From IMG/VR virus record IMGVR_UViG_3300027971_000002: a DNA stretch of 32,280 nucleotides; one strand, given 5' to 3'. This stretch comes from an uncultured virus (IMG/VR IMGVR_UViG_3300027971_000002). Lineage: Duplodnaviria; Heunggongvirae; Uroviricota; Caudoviricetes. The position numbers and the translations under genes were made by a program. The notes under the pieces were generated by a model. That model was not told the origin of the DNA and ran no database searches. It saw only the letters and a list, made by a program, of their open reading frames with translations. This document shows positions 7,961 through 17,784 of this stretch, piece by piece. How positions within the stretch are numbered: position 1 is the stretch's first letter; every line of letters begins with the position of its first letter.

Positions 7961-9550
7961 TTATCCGATTACGACTACTCTGTAGGCGTTAGATGATGGT
8001 GCGGATGCAAATCCAAGTGTCACAGTGGAGGTTGTAGCGCGGGTGTTATCTACTATAACTTCGTCTCCAGTAGCCACTTCATAAACCTGAACGTGGACAT
8101 CTAGTGTTCCTAGGTTGTGGGTAATTGTGTATGAGGTAGCTGATGTTGAAAGTGTGGTTGAGTACTTTCTAGCTACTACTGTGGCGTCAACAGAGATTGT
8201 GTTAGTGCCCACGGTAATGCCGTTACCAGCGCCAATTGCAAAGCCGTTAGCGTCTGTAGCAGCACCTGAGTTGGTAGCAAGCTTGATAGAAGCTCCACCA
8301 CCAGCTGTTTGCAAACCACCTGTTGAAAGCGGCTCAAAGGTGAAGTTAGAGCCAGTAAGTAGAACACCATTAGATGCTGTGTAAGTTCCAGCGCCAGAGA
8401 ACTGTGTAAATGTAAGAGCTGTTGTTCCTAGAGTGATTGTGTCATCAGTAGTTAGGACATAGCCGTCGTTTCCGTTAGCTGTACCCTCTGAAACAAATAC
8501 AAATAGTCCAGCAGTTACTTCGGAGCTTACGTTGGCATCTGTTGCACGAGTCGGTGCGCCTGACGCGTTAACAGTATAAATACCGTTTTCAGCTCCAGAT
8601 GCCTGGTTCTTAATAAGGATACGGTCGCCAGTTGCAAGTGTGACACCGTCAATAACAGAACCATTAGCAAATGATGAAGCAAGAGTTCCTGCTACTGCAG
8701 TAGCTGCACGAACTGATGCTTTAACATCAAGACCTTGAGCTGTTGAGTCTACGTAAGCCTTGGTTGCAGCATCTTGTGCGCTAACTGGGTCTGATACGTT
8801 GGTGATTAAGTTGCTGTTCATTGAGAACGAGCCGGTTGGAGCTGTTAAATCTGTAACTTTATTTGTACTAAGGATTACCGTTCCGTTAGCATCGGGAAGG
8901 GTGATTGTGCGGTCAGCTGTTGGGTCAGTAGCAGTAAGGGTAGTCTCAAAAGCATCTGCTGTAGCACCTTCAATAATAATTGAAGACCCAGTAACTATAA
9001 GATTTTTGTTTCCATCAAGCCCTGCTACACCACCCGCTATACCGATGTCTGCAAGTTCAACGTATGAGCCTAAAGATGTGGATACGTCTTCTGCCAAAGC
9101 AACGGTTCCTGTTGCGTCTGGGAATGTGATAGTTCTATCTGCTGTTGGGTCTGTAACTGATACTGTAGTTTCAAAAGCATTTGCTGTAGAGCCTTCAAAT
9201 ACAATTGAAGAGTCTAAAGAAACCGTACCTGTAAAGGTAGGGTTAGCAAGAGGGGCCTTTAGGTTTAATTGACCTTGGATGCCTGAGGTGACGCCATCTA
9301 CATAGTTAAGTTCTGTAGCGCTTACGGCGGTTCCAGCAAGAATGTTGATTTCAGCTGCGGTAGCGGTTACGCCGTTAAGTCCAACAGCTTCCCAAATAGT
9401 ACCGTTATAAACACGCATTTCATTAGAAGCGGTGTTGTAGTAAACCTGGCCTGTTACAGGACTTGCTGGGTCAGTCGCTAGATTTTGAATACGAGCATTT
9501 TGAAGCTCGTTCTTCGTCAAATCAAGTGACGTTAAATATTTACGTGCCAT
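7961..9550 (-). CDS. Fibre protein
   Basis: GQVYYNT module, DPVSAQDAATKAYVD, GDRILIKNQ...ENGIY and a C-terminal ITHNLG domain; shares modules with 4508-7354. Confidence 0.8.
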   Translation of the reverse strand: MARKYLTSLDLTKNELQNARIQNLATDPASPVTGQVYYNTASNEMRVYNGTIWEAVGLNGVTATAAEINILAGTAVSATELNYVDGVTSGIQGQLNLKAPLANPTFTGTVSLDSSIVFEGSTANAFETTVSVTDPTADRTITFPDATGTVALAEDVSTSLGSYVELADIGIAGGVAGLDGNKNLIVTGSSIIIEGATADAFETTLTATDPTADRTITLPDANGTVILSTNKVTDLTAPTGSFSMNSNLITNVSDPVSAQDAATKAYVDSTAQGLDVKASVRAATAVAGTLASSFANGSVIDGVTLATGDRILIKNQASGAENGIYTVNASGAPTRATDANVSSEVTAGLFVFVSEGTANGNDGYVLTTDDTITLGTTALTFTQFSGAGTYTASNGVLLTGSNFTFEPLSTGGLQTAGGGASIKLATNSGAATDANGFAIGAGNGITVGTNTISVDATVVARKYSTTLSTSATSYTITHNLGTLDVHVQVYEVATGDEVIVDNTRATTSTVTLGFASAPSSNAYRVVVIG

Positions 9551-9563
9551 TTATTTTTTCTCC

Positions 9564-9866
9564 TTAGGAAAGGTACGCTCTGCCGCTGAATGCCCCGGTG
9601 AAAGTTATCGTAAGGGACATGGTGTTCGTATAGGCTATTTCACCTTCAACGATTGACCCGCCCGAGTCCTGAACAGTTACGTTTGGATACCAACCAAGGT
9701 TGTGAGTTATGGTCCACACAGCCGAAGATGTTCCCTGAGTATGATGATACGCCACAGAGGGTTGATTTATGCCCCCAACTGTAATTTGGTTTAAGGTAAC
9801 CGCAGGCGATGCTGGTGGGGTTACCTGCACAACTACTTGGCCGGCTACTGGAATAAGTCCGCTCAT
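9564..9866 (-). CDS. Small virion structural or adaptor protein
   Basis: WTITHNLGWYPNVTVQD...FSGRAYLS; same ITHNLG domain as the C-terminus of 7961-9550. Confidence 0.7.
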   Translation of the reverse strand: MSGLIPVAGQVVVQVTPPASPAVTLNQITVGGINQPSVAYHHTQGTSSAVWTITHNLGWYPNVTVQDSGGSIVEGEIAYTNTMSLTITFTGAFSGRAYLS

Positions 9867-9867
9867 A

Positions 9868-10926
9868 TTAAGCCAATGTCACTTGTTGGGTTACAAATAC
9901 TTGCCCGCGAATATAGGTCTGTTCGAAGGTTGCATCTGTTGTACTTGTGGCTTGAAGGTCCCAGAAAGCTCGTGCTGGTAAATACTTAGTAGCCGATGGG
10001 GCCATCGTCAAACGAATACGGCCGTTAGCCGCGTCAATTTTAGTAATGTCAAAAGTCGCATAAAGTGCAGGAGCATTTGGATAGGTTCTAATTTGAGCTT
10101 TAAAAGTAAGAGCTGTGACATCAAATGGGAAGTCAAATTCGCCAGACCATGAATCTCCCTGATAAAGGGTGATGTCATAAACACCTGCGTAGGTAGGTAT
10201 TGGCTTACGACCTTTGAGGTCGTTTTGAATATATACGCGCTCTGGTCTACGAGAGTCATCAATCTCTTGAGCCAAGTACATAGGGACGAGCTTGTTAGTA
10301 AGGCGAGAAACACGGCGAAGTGTTCCCATCTCAATACGCCATAGTCCGATGTTAAGTGCAGAGGAAAGCTGCTTGTACTGGTCAGTTCTAGATTGAATCA
10401 TTTGTACAAGCTGGCGGTATCTGTCAGAACGCGGAATCATAACCCCGTCTGGTGAAGATATATTAATATCAAATGCAGAGTCTGTAGCAAGAGCCCATAG
10501 AGCTTCAATTGTTGACAGAATTGCTAATGGGTACTCTTCAACTGGTGGAATCATGGCAATTGTCATCTGGCTTCCGTAGCCATCTGTTCTTTCAAAAGTG
10601 TGCTGTTCAACCGCAGTATTAACAAAGCGGGTTATATCTGTGTCTGTAAAGTATCGGTAATGAGTTCCGACTACTGAGATTGCAGCGTTATTGGCTGGGG
10701 CAGTTACAAATGTAACAATGCCTAAATCTTGTTGAATCGTGTATCCGGCTGGGGTAGCTACTGGGCTACCAGCTACTGTAACTAAAAGAGTTGTGTTTTC
10801 AACAGGCTTCTTTTTTAAGTCAAAAATTTTAGTAGTTCCGTCGCCTGTTGCGGTGTAGGTAAACTGAGTTGGCATGTCGCCTAGCTCAAGCCTTACTCTA
10901 GACACTAGGTCTGCTAATACAGCCAC
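9868..10926 (-). CDS. Head-tail adaptor-like protein with an inserted beta domain and a C-terminal BppU-like domain
   Basis: Position after the capsid genes; VRLELGD...YFTDTDI adaptor-like motifs; GDGTTKIF...GIVTFVTAPA insert; C-terminal LYQGDSW...AQIR...NGRIRL...WDLQ. Confidence 0.6.
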   Translation of the reverse strand: MAVLADLVSRVRLELGDMPTQFTYTATGDGTTKIFDLKKKPVENTTLLVTVAGSPVATPAGYTIQQDLGIVTFVTAPANNAAISVVGTHYRYFTDTDITRFVNTAVEQHTFERTDGYGSQMTIAMIPPVEEYPLAILSTIEALWALATDSAFDINISSPDGVMIPRSDRYRQLVQMIQSRTDQYKQLSSALNIGLWRIEMGTLRRVSRLTNKLVPMYLAQEIDDSRRPERVYIQNDLKGRKPIPTYAGVYDITLYQGDSWSGEFDFPFDVTALTFKAQIRTYPNAPALYATFDITKIDAANGRIRLTMAPSATKYLPARAFWDLQATSTTDATFEQTYIRGQVFVTQQVTLA

Positions 10927-10984
10927 TAACCACTCCTAACGTAACTAATCTAATGGTAGCGGTTACGGCCAAAAAAACTTGATA

Positions 10985-11018
10985 AACGAAACAGCGGGGG
11001 GAAGACCGCTGCTTCGTT
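10985..11018 (-). terminator. Stem-loop after 11025-11390, probable terminator
   Basis: AACGAA-CAGCGG ... CCGCTG-TTCGTT inverted repeat, with T-rich sequence downstream on the minus strand. Confidence 0.55.
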
Positions 11019-11024
11019 AATCAA

Positions 11025-11390
11025 TTAAATATTGGCTGCTAAGTAGCCTTTTTCTTTTAAGTGTTCAGCTACTGAACGTGTAACTTCGTACTTTTGACCT
11101 GGCTTAAAGTTAAAGTTGTTTCCAGCTCCAAGGGTCATGTTTTCAATATTTTCTACAACACGAATAATTACTGTGTCATCTTGCTTACCTACCCGGTCTA
11201 CTGTGTCAACAATAACTGTTTGACGGTCAGGCTTGGTAGCGTCAATAACTTGTGTTTCTGCTTGAATAGCAGCAGTTGCTGTTGCTAGTGACATTTCTTC
11301 AGCTCTCTTAGCTGTTTCATCTGAGAACTGGTCTGCTAGCTCATCACGGCTACGGCCTGTGACGTCTGTTGGTGATTTCTTTGTTGCCAT
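11025..11390 (-). CDS. Hypothetical head-associated protein (start revised to MATKK)
   Basis: GGAGGA RBS before the ATG at 11390; the longer TTG start in the track lies inside a hairpin. Confidence 0.7.
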   Translation of the reverse strand: MATKKSPTDVTGRSRDELADQFSDETAKRAEEMSLATATAAIQAETQVIDATKPDRQTVIVDTVDRVGKQDDTVIIRVVENIENMTLGAGNNFNFKPGQKYEVTRSVAEHLKEKGYLAANI

Positions 11391-11426
11391 TTGTATCCTC
11401 CGGGTTAGTGAATGAGTTTGTGTTGA

Positions 11427-11452
11427 GGCGGGGAGTTTCAAGGCTCCCCGCC
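11427..11452 (-). terminator. GC-rich hairpin after the major capsid gene (terminator or mRNA stabiliser)
   Basis: GGCGGGGAG / CTCCCCGCC 9-bp stem; no clear U-tract. Confidence 0.55.
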
Positions 11453-11477
11453 CAACATTTAAGCTATTAAATTGTGA

Positions 11478-12548
11478 TTAGTTGGTTTCTGCAATAACTA
11501 CAGCCTGGTCAGTGATTAGACCAAGTCCGAAGATTGAGTACCAAGCAAGTGCGTGCTCACGACCGAAGTCTAGAATACCGCCATCGCGGAGTTCTACTGG
11601 AAGTGAGATTGCGTGACCGAATGCGTTATCTCCGATGAAGATAGATGCATAGCGGTCTGAACCACCATTACCTGTCTTTGTAGCAGGTGTGATGTATCCA
11701 CCACCAGCAGTAACTGTTGGGTTAGCAACTGTTGTGTCTGTTGTGTATGAAGTACCAGCACCACCAGCAACCTTTAGGACCTGTGTGGTTTCGATGAATA
11801 CGCAGTCGTACAAACGACCGATTTCACCGAGCATGAAGTTACCAGGTGCTGCGTACTTGGTTACTTCGATGAATTCCGGATTGTCACGTAGCTTACGTGA
11901 CTGGTGTGGGTGAACGAAAGCAACATATGTCTCACCAAGGCGAGGGATGTTCTTTGTTGCTAGGCTCTCTACTGCATCCTTCACAGTGTGAGGTGTCATG
12001 TAGTAAGTGCCTGTCATAGCAGCACGGTTTGCTGCGGTTGTTCCGTCAGCGTACCAAGCATTAACTGCTGTCTGGCCTGAGCGGTCTTCACCGTAGATTA
12101 CTGATGTTGCTGCATAGAGTGTGTCGCGTGACAACTGGTCAAGATAGATTGCCATGTTACGACCAAGAAGACGTGAGGCTGAAGCCATTACGTCATCGAA
12201 TGAAGCGTTCAATAGAAGCTCAGATACAGCAAGAGCATAACCATGCTCAGTTACTGTGATTGAGAACTGTTGCGCTGTAAGAGCGTTTGTCTGCATACGT
12301 ACACCTTCGACAAGTGCTGAAGCAAAGCCGAGGTTGTTGTAACGCATGAAGTTGATTTGAAGACCAGGTGCAACACCTAGTTCAGTCTTCTTTACTGCAA
12401 ACTGCTCAAAGCGAAGAATAGGCATTGCCTGGAACAAGATTTCCTTGGACCAAATTGTCTGAATCGCTTGAGTTAGCTGTGTATTTGTACCTGAGTACGC
12501 TGTAGGTGCTGCGGCAAGATTGCCGGTACCCGTAATGCTTGATGCCAT
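11478..12548 (-). CDS. Major capsid protein (N4-gp56-like family)
   Basis: 356 aa after the scaffold gene; YVAFVHPHQ..LR, GEIGRLYDCVFIET and DFGREHALAWY motifs; AAGGAG RBS. Confidence 0.9.
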   Translation of the reverse strand: MASSITGTGNLAAAPTAYSGTNTQLTQAIQTIWSKEILFQAMPILRFEQFAVKKTELGVAPGLQINFMRYNNLGFASALVEGVRMQTNALTAQQFSITVTEHGYALAVSELLLNASFDDVMASASRLLGRNMAIYLDQLSRDTLYAATSVIYGEDRSGQTAVNAWYADGTTAANRAAMTGTYYMTPHTVKDAVESLATKNIPRLGETYVAFVHPHQSRKLRDNPEFIEVTKYAAPGNFMLGEIGRLYDCVFIETTQVLKVAGGAGTSYTTDTTVANPTVTAGGGYITPATKTGNGGSDRYASIFIGDNAFGHAISLPVELRDGGILDFGREHALAWYSIFGLGLITDQAVVIAETN

Positions 12549-12586
12549 TTAAATTGACTCCTTGTCAACGGTATTGGATTTTTGGG

Positions 12587-13369
12587 TCATCCGAACAGTC
12601 CCTTTGTTTTACCCTGAGCACTAGGGCTCAAGAGTCGGCCACGATATTTAGCGTATTCATCCATTGACATTGACGCAATATCTTGCGCCGTTAAGTTTTT
12701 TTGCTCCGAATTGGTATCCAAGGGTCCAGCTCCAGGAGGCAAGGTTGCCCTTGTTCCTGTCATCTCTCGACGTGCATTCTGCATTGCAGATTGCGCCGAC
12801 TCGAGAATTCTAGTTGAGCGCTCTTTCAAGCTCTCTATGCTTGCATCAACTTCTTCTATAGTGTTTCCACTAATCAAGTCAACAAGCTCTGGCATGATGT
12901 TATCACGCTCAGCTTCGAGCTTCTGTGCTCGGTAGGTCTGAAGTTCTGTGTATGCGCGTTCACGTTCTAGAAGTGCAAAAGCAGTTTCACGTTCTTGCTT
13001 CTCATGCTGCAGTTGTTCTTGCCATTCTTTTTCTTTCTTAGCCAGGAGGTCACGAACTTCTAGTTCAGACTCTTCCTTAGCCTTTATTTCCTGAGCAATA
13101 CGAGCTTGACGCTCTGATTCTTCAGTTGCAATTCGACTGGCTTCTTCTTCTCGACTGCGCTTCAATACATCAACTTCTTCTTTTAGCTTTTCAATCTGAG
13201 GATAAAGTTTTTCTTTTTCCTGAGAGCGAACCTTAGCAAGGTCTTCTTCTGTATAAAATTTTGTGTTTTGAATATTAATTGCTGATGCATCAGCATCAGA
13301 CGTGTTAATAGCTGGTAGTACTCCTGCTTCGGCTGCGAAAGCCTCTGCGTTTACTTCTGCAGTATCCAT
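12587..13369 (-). CDS. Capsid scaffolding protein
   Basis: Glu/Lys-rich coiled coil between portal and capsid genes, with C-terminal IASMSMDEYAKYR. Confidence 0.8.
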   Translation of the reverse strand: MDTAEVNAEAFAAEAGVLPAINTSDADASAINIQNTKFYTEEDLAKVRSQEKEKLYPQIEKLKEEVDVLKRSREEEASRIATEESERQARIAQEIKAKEESELEVRDLLAKKEKEWQEQLQHEKQERETAFALLERERAYTELQTYRAQKLEAERDNIMPELVDLISGNTIEEVDASIESLKERSTRILESAQSAMQNARREMTGTRATLPPGAGPLDTNSEQKNLTAQDIASMSMDEYAKYRGRLLSPSAQGKTKGLFG

Positions 13370-13467
13370 TTTTACTTCCTTTTATCCTAGGGGTCGTTTT
13401 CCAATTTAATAACACATATGACCAAACGTTGTCTTTCAGTAAACAATTTTTGCTTGTTTAGGCAGAC

Positions 13468-13477
13468 TTGTCAGGCT
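13468..13477 (-). promoter_or_regulatory. AGCCTGACAA motif (candidate -35 region) upstream of the scaffold/capsid genes
   Basis: Identical 10-mer at 21765-21774; both are at the end of the upstream gene and contain CTGACA. Confidence 0.4.
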
Positions 13478-13484
13478 AAACTAC

Positions 13485-15206
13485 TTACTTTTCATACTCT
13501 TCCGGCACTCTCCGTTGTGGGATTTTTGTACCGTAAGCTTCTGTTACAAGGCGCTGTCGTATTCCTTGCTCGCCCATCTGTGCAAACATTTGAGCCTCGT
13601 CAAGGATAGGGCTAGGCGCTCCAGGATTTCCTGGCATAGGTTGACCTTCTGGACCTTGCATTGGTTGAGGTGGCGCACCATCTGGGCCCGGAAGCATTCC
13701 AGTTAATTGAGCAATTTCTTGCTGAATCTGACCCTTAACAAGGTTAAGAGCTCCATCGGCCTTAGCGTCATCAATAAGTTCTTGACGAATTTCCATAAGT
13801 TTTTCATCAGGGAATTCTTCGCCTAGTGAACGAAGTGCGCCTTCCTTAGACTCTAGGCCAAGAGAAAGCATTGTTTGAACTTCGTTAAGCGCAATTAGCT
13901 TGTCAAGCGGTAGCGGAGGCGGGAAGTGTACATATGAGCGGAAGCTGATTGGGTCGTTCAAATCTAAGACTTCAACTTGTCCCTCTTTAAGAGGAGCAAA
14001 ACGTGTACCAGGATTAGCCGCCATACTTTCAGGCTCTTTAACCGCAAGGCTGATAAGAATAAGTTCGTTTACGCGCTCTAGCCCGTGTGCGTATTGAATG
14101 ACTTTTTGGTGATAACGGTTCATCAAAGGCTGGAACATAATTGCTAGTGCTACACCTGAGGTGTTAGATACAGGCATTGCCTGACCAAGAGCAGTTTCAG
14201 GAACACCAGTCATCTCGTGCATTGACTTTTTCATCATTGCAAGGAAGTCCATAGCACCCTTAAGGCCCTGTGCTCCACCTTCAAGGTTTTCTACACGAGC
14301 ATCCTTGGGTAGTCCGCCCCATACTTTATTAGCGCCCTTTTCTAATTGCGACGCTTTAGCACCGATAATAACCGTAACTGGCGCTGCGTGGTAGTTAACG
14401 ATGTCGGCAATATCTGTAGCCGTTTCATTATACGTACGGTTAATTGGAATAATGTCATTGCAATCAGATAGGCCCCAAGGGCTACCAGAAATGCGGACAT
14501 TAGGAATATGAATAATGGGAATAACACCAAGCGGGTTAGGGCGAGAGTCAATGAGTTCATCGTTAATGTACTCCTCAATAGCGTCATCAGTTAAAATTTC
14601 TGTGTAAGTAAACACTTGACGTGTTCCTTCAAGCGATGTACCCCAAAAACGATACTTAAGCTTAAAACGAATTAAACGTTCACGGTCGTGAGGGTGAAAT
14701 TCTGGAAACGCAAATGATGAGTTAAGAGGCAAGATACGAACACGGCCTGGGTGAACTCGACCAGCTGGGTCTTGATAAGCCTCTTCGTAAGCAACTTTAA
14801 TAAAGCAATCGCCTGAGACTCCGCCCTGCTGTCCCATTTCCCAAAGTACTGTTGCTTTGTTGTTATCTACTTCCCAAACTCTTTCTAGCAAGTCAGGAAC
14901 GATAGCCTCTGTCTGCTTAGGGCTACGGAATTGGACGCCCTTACCAAATGTAAAGTTAAGAATAAAGTCTGTAAAAGCACGGTAGTAGTTAAGAACCATC
15001 TGTGATTCGCCTACTTGACGGCGGTATGAATAATGATGACCAAGATACATGGCCCAGTTAAGTGAATAACGGTTTAAACGAGGGCCGTGAACTTCAAATT
15101 CTTCATCCGCTAGTTCTACAAGACCTAGTGGAGAAATAGAAATAGTTAAGTCAGAAGACGCAGCTCTATACGATGGAGGTGAGAAATCTAGACCGCTACC
15201 ACTCAC
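13485..15206 (-). CDS. Portal protein (SPP1 gp6-like)
   Basis: 573 aa; NPLGVIPIIHIPN...WGLSD, SNTSGVAL motifs; position between terminase and scaffold; AGAGG RBS with GTG start. Confidence 0.9.
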   Translation of the reverse strand: MSGSGLDFSPPSYRAASSDLTISISPLGLVELADEEFEVHGPRLNRYSLNWAMYLGHHYSYRRQVGESQMVLNYYRAFTDFILNFTFGKGVQFRSPKQTEAIVPDLLERVWEVDNNKATVLWEMGQQGGVSGDCFIKVAYEEAYQDPAGRVHPGRVRILPLNSSFAFPEFHPHDRERLIRFKLKYRFWGTSLEGTRQVFTYTEILTDDAIEEYINDELIDSRPNPLGVIPIIHIPNVRISGSPWGLSDCNDIIPINRTYNETATDIADIVNYHAAPVTVIIGAKASQLEKGANKVWGGLPKDARVENLEGGAQGLKGAMDFLAMMKKSMHEMTGVPETALGQAMPVSNTSGVALAIMFQPLMNRYHQKVIQYAHGLERVNELILISLAVKEPESMAANPGTRFAPLKEGQVEVLDLNDPISFRSYVHFPPPLPLDKLIALNEVQTMLSLGLESKEGALRSLGEEFPDEKLMEIRQELIDDAKADGALNLVKGQIQQEIAQLTGMLPGPDGAPPQPMQGPEGQPMPGNPGAPSPILDEAQMFAQMGEQGIRQRLVTEAYGTKIPQRRVPEEYEK

Positions 15207-15237
15207 CGATAATTCCTCTCGTTAAACTCACAACTAA

Positions 15238-15263
15238 ATACTAGCATTAATATCGACATGTCG
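15238..15263 (-). promoter_or_regulatory. Candidate promoter with CGACATGTCG palindrome, upstream of portal
   Basis: Minus strand reads CGACATGTCGA-N9-TAGTAT; the same spacing occurs at 17785-17810. Confidence 0.6.
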
Positions 15264-15265
15264 CT

Positions 15266-15577
15266 TTAACGCTTAAAGGATTCGCCCTTAATAACTCCGT
15301 GACCAACAGGCTTAGTTACTTTTTGCTTTTGTTCTTTTTCTTCTTTGTCTCTTTTTTCCTGTACGTAATCTCTATTACGTGGGTCAATATCTTTTTTAGA
15401 ATCTACAAATTTTCCGCCCATTTGCACATACTTAGTGTGCACCCAGTGAGCAGCGGCTGGTGAAGGATACTTAGGAAAACGTGACTTAGCCTGAACAGTA
15501 ACTGTATTCCAGAGGCGTGGATTAGCAGGTAACTGCTTTGGAGCATTAGTTACGGAACGACCAGAAATAAGTGCCAT
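15266..15577 (-). CDS. Hypothetical basic protein
   Basis: 103 aa, AAGGA RBS, contains PANPRLW...YPSPAAAHWV..Y...GGKF. Confidence 0.75.
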   Translation of the reverse strand: MALISGRSVTNAPKQLPANPRLWNTVTVQAKSRFPKYPSPAAAHWVHTKYVQMGGKFVDSKKDIDPRNRDYVQEKRDKEEKEQKQKVTKPVGHGVIKGESFKR

Positions 15578-15590
15578 AGTTAATCCTTAG

Positions 15591-15626
15591 AAAAGCCCCA
15601 CCAGTCCCGTTGCCAGGACGGTGGGG
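15591..15626 (-). terminator. Probable intrinsic terminator
   Basis: Minus strand CCCCACC-GTCC...GGAC-T-GGTGGGG followed by CTTTT. Confidence 0.6.
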
Positions 15627-15640
15627 AGCTACTTCTTTTA

Positions 15641-16039
15641 CTAGTCCTGCACTACTGAAGGGTTAAGGCGCTGTTGGTGTGAGCCATTGCGGAATACTTC
15701 CTCAATAACATTTGAACCGTAATCGCCAAAGCCAGCAGAAGCAAACTCTTGAAGAGTATTTGGCGCTTCTACCCATGCTGCAGAACCTACGTGAGCACGC
15801 TCACGCATTGTTTCTTCAGCTGGCTTAGTGTGAACTGCTGCATTTCGATTTGTACGGCCTGCTGCAGGGATATAGCCCTGTGCAGCTCCGTTTGAAAATT
15901 CTTGCGGAACATCTGTGTCAGTTGCAATTCCCTCTTCAAAGCGAAGTGGTCCGCGCTGTCCTGGCACTGCGCCAGCCATCTTGCGGTCGTAAACTGAACC
16001 TGGACGTTCTGGGAAGCTTGGTGCTGGTGAGATTGTCAT
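15641..16039 (-). CDS. Hypothetical protein in the head module
   Basis: 132 aa, AAGGAG RBS, contains GPLRFEEGIATDTDVP. Confidence 0.75.
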   Translation of the reverse strand: MTISPAPSFPERPGSVYDRKMAGAVPGQRGPLRFEEGIATDTDVPQEFSNGAAQGYIPAAGRTNRNAAVHTKPAEETMRERAHVGSAAWVEAPNTLQEFASAGFGDYGSNVIEEVFRNGSHQQRLNPSVVQD

Positions 16040-16119
16040 AGTTATAACTCCTTGTAAAGGTTGAGGCCTCAGGTAAAAGTGTGCTACTTATTTAAGGTAA
16101 ATACTGCCTAAAGTAATAA

Positions 16120-17691
16120 TTATCTATAAAAAGGTGAAGAAGATACTTCTACCGAAGGCATAGTTAAATCCATAGTTAAACAGACAGCAATGGCCAAACT
16201 ATCCGCGTAGTCATCGTGGGCGTGAGCTTCAGCGGGTGCGTGAGCTAAGAAGTTTGGGCCTTGGAACTTTGTCTCAAGGTCGGTCATCTGCTGGTAAAAA
16301 CGCTTCCAAGTTCTAAGGCGTCTGGTCTTAGCGTGTGCAGGCCAACCAACCATGCGACGGTCAATCAAGGCCTTAAGGTGCTTCCAGCGTTTAGACTGCT
16401 CTTGTTGACTACTGCCTATCGAATGAACCTCTGCTCCTGGAAGTAAAAGCTTAAGGCGTTGGGCTACCGCATCACCGACTCCGTTAGCATCTACACCTAC
16501 CGCTAAAACATCGTAAGAGCCAAGAAAGTTTACAATTTGGAAATACTGGTCTTCCCAGTCATCACCCTGAATTTCTAACCAGTTAAGTACTCGGTGGTCG
16601 TAGTAACCAAACTCATCTGGCCTATCCCAATCAACCCACACAACAGTTACAACTGTTGAGTCCATCTTACGTGCGGGGTCAATCCCAACAACAACTGGAG
16701 TTCTGTGCCATGCCCTAACAGTTTCTTGAGATGTATCGCCAAGCTCATCCATAATTGTGGAGGTAACGAACATTCCGCGTTCTAGTAGCCACTTGCAGTT
16801 GTATGACATCTGGAACTCATCAGAATCTTCGCCAACACGAAGCATTTCTTTTTTAATGAACTTACCGTAGTTAAGGTTTACCTTAGCTACATCTTTGTAG
16901 TCCCATTGGAAGTGGTTCTGTCTTGAAGCTCTGCCTGTCTGTCTACGCTTGTTTAGTTGAATAGAGCGATAAAAGTTATTCTTGTGCGTAGTTGGCGTGC
17001 CTGTCTTTACCATCGTCCCTGAGTAATACGCAAGCATAGGAGAAATTGATTTAGAGACTACAAAGTCATCTGCTTCTTGGCACTCGTCAATAACAATAAG
17101 GTGAAAAGATTTAGATTCAATCTTTGCGCGTGGGTTAGCGGTCATCATCATTAGGCTACTGCCTGAGTTCTTAAGCTTAATTTGGCGTGTCACACCTGGG
17201 ACTTTGCCAAGGGAGTCATCAATCTCTGGGTCGCCTAAAATCTCTAACGCACGCTCAGAAGTTAAACGGTTTACCGTACGACCAAAAAGAGTTTCAACCT
17301 GACCTTCTACTGGAGCAAACATTCCAATCCAGATGCCGTCTTTAAACTGACCTAATAAATCTGGGTACATTTTTGCAAGTCTAGGTAGCAACACCATTAA
17401 TGTGGCTACTGTGTTAGCAATTGTTTCTGATTTTCCTGACTGGCGTGCAGCAAGCGCTGTAACTTCTTCACCGTCATTAATGATTACAGACTCAATAATG
17501 CGACGAGCAAGCGGTAGTTGATATGCGTGTAGCTCGTGCCCCACTAAGGCGTTCATAAACTGGATTGTTTTATCAACCATCTTGCGTACAAATTCTTTAG
17601 AGAGTTCGTCTAACTCTTCTTCCTCTTCTTCAATGAGTTCTTCTTCATCTTCTAAGAGTTCTTCTTCGTCTAAAAATTCTAACTCGCTCAT
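16120..17691 (-). CDS. terL: Terminase large subunit
   Basis: Walker A (ARQSGKSE), Walker B (LIVIDE), GTP coupling motif, nuclease acidic motifs GIDPA and HDDYADS. Confidence 0.92.
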   Translation of the reverse strand: MSELEFLDEEELLEDEEELIEEEEEELDELSKEFVRKMVDKTIQFMNALVGHELHAYQLPLARRIIESVIINDGEEVTALAARQSGKSETIANTVATLMVLLPRLAKMYPDLLGQFKDGIWIGMFAPVEGQVETLFGRTVNRLTSERALEILGDPEIDDSLGKVPGVTRQIKLKNSGSSLMMMTANPRAKIESKSFHLIVIDECQEADDFVVSKSISPMLAYYSGTMVKTGTPTTHKNNFYRSIQLNKRRQTGRASRQNHFQWDYKDVAKVNLNYGKFIKKEMLRVGEDSDEFQMSYNCKWLLERGMFVTSTIMDELGDTSQETVRAWHRTPVVVGIDPARKMDSTVVTVVWVDWDRPDEFGYYDHRVLNWLEIQGDDWEDQYFQIVNFLGSYDVLAVGVDANGVGDAVAQRLKLLLPGAEVHSIGSSQQEQSKRWKHLKALIDRRMVGWPAHAKTRRLRTWKRFYQQMTDLETKFQGPNFLAHAPAEAHAHDDYADSLAIAVCLTMDLTMPSVEVSSSPFYR

Positions 17692-17705
17692 ATGTTCCTT
17701 ATTCT

Positions 17706-17743
17706 AATAAAAAACATGAAACCCTGGTAGGTATACCAGGGTT
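17706..17743 (-). terminator. Intrinsic terminator directly upstream of the terminase gene
   Basis: Perfect 10-bp stem AACCCTGGTA / TACCAGGGTT with a 4-nt loop, followed on the minus strand by TTTTTTATT. Confidence 0.7.
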
Positions 17744-17784
17744 CACGTTGCCACACACGGGAGAGAAGGAAGAGAGGCAAGGTA

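Noticed and set aside
5667..9272. Several long plus-strand ORFs antisense to the fibre genes
   Set aside because: Antisense shadows of Thr/Ala-rich coding sequence, with no RBS or domain evidence.
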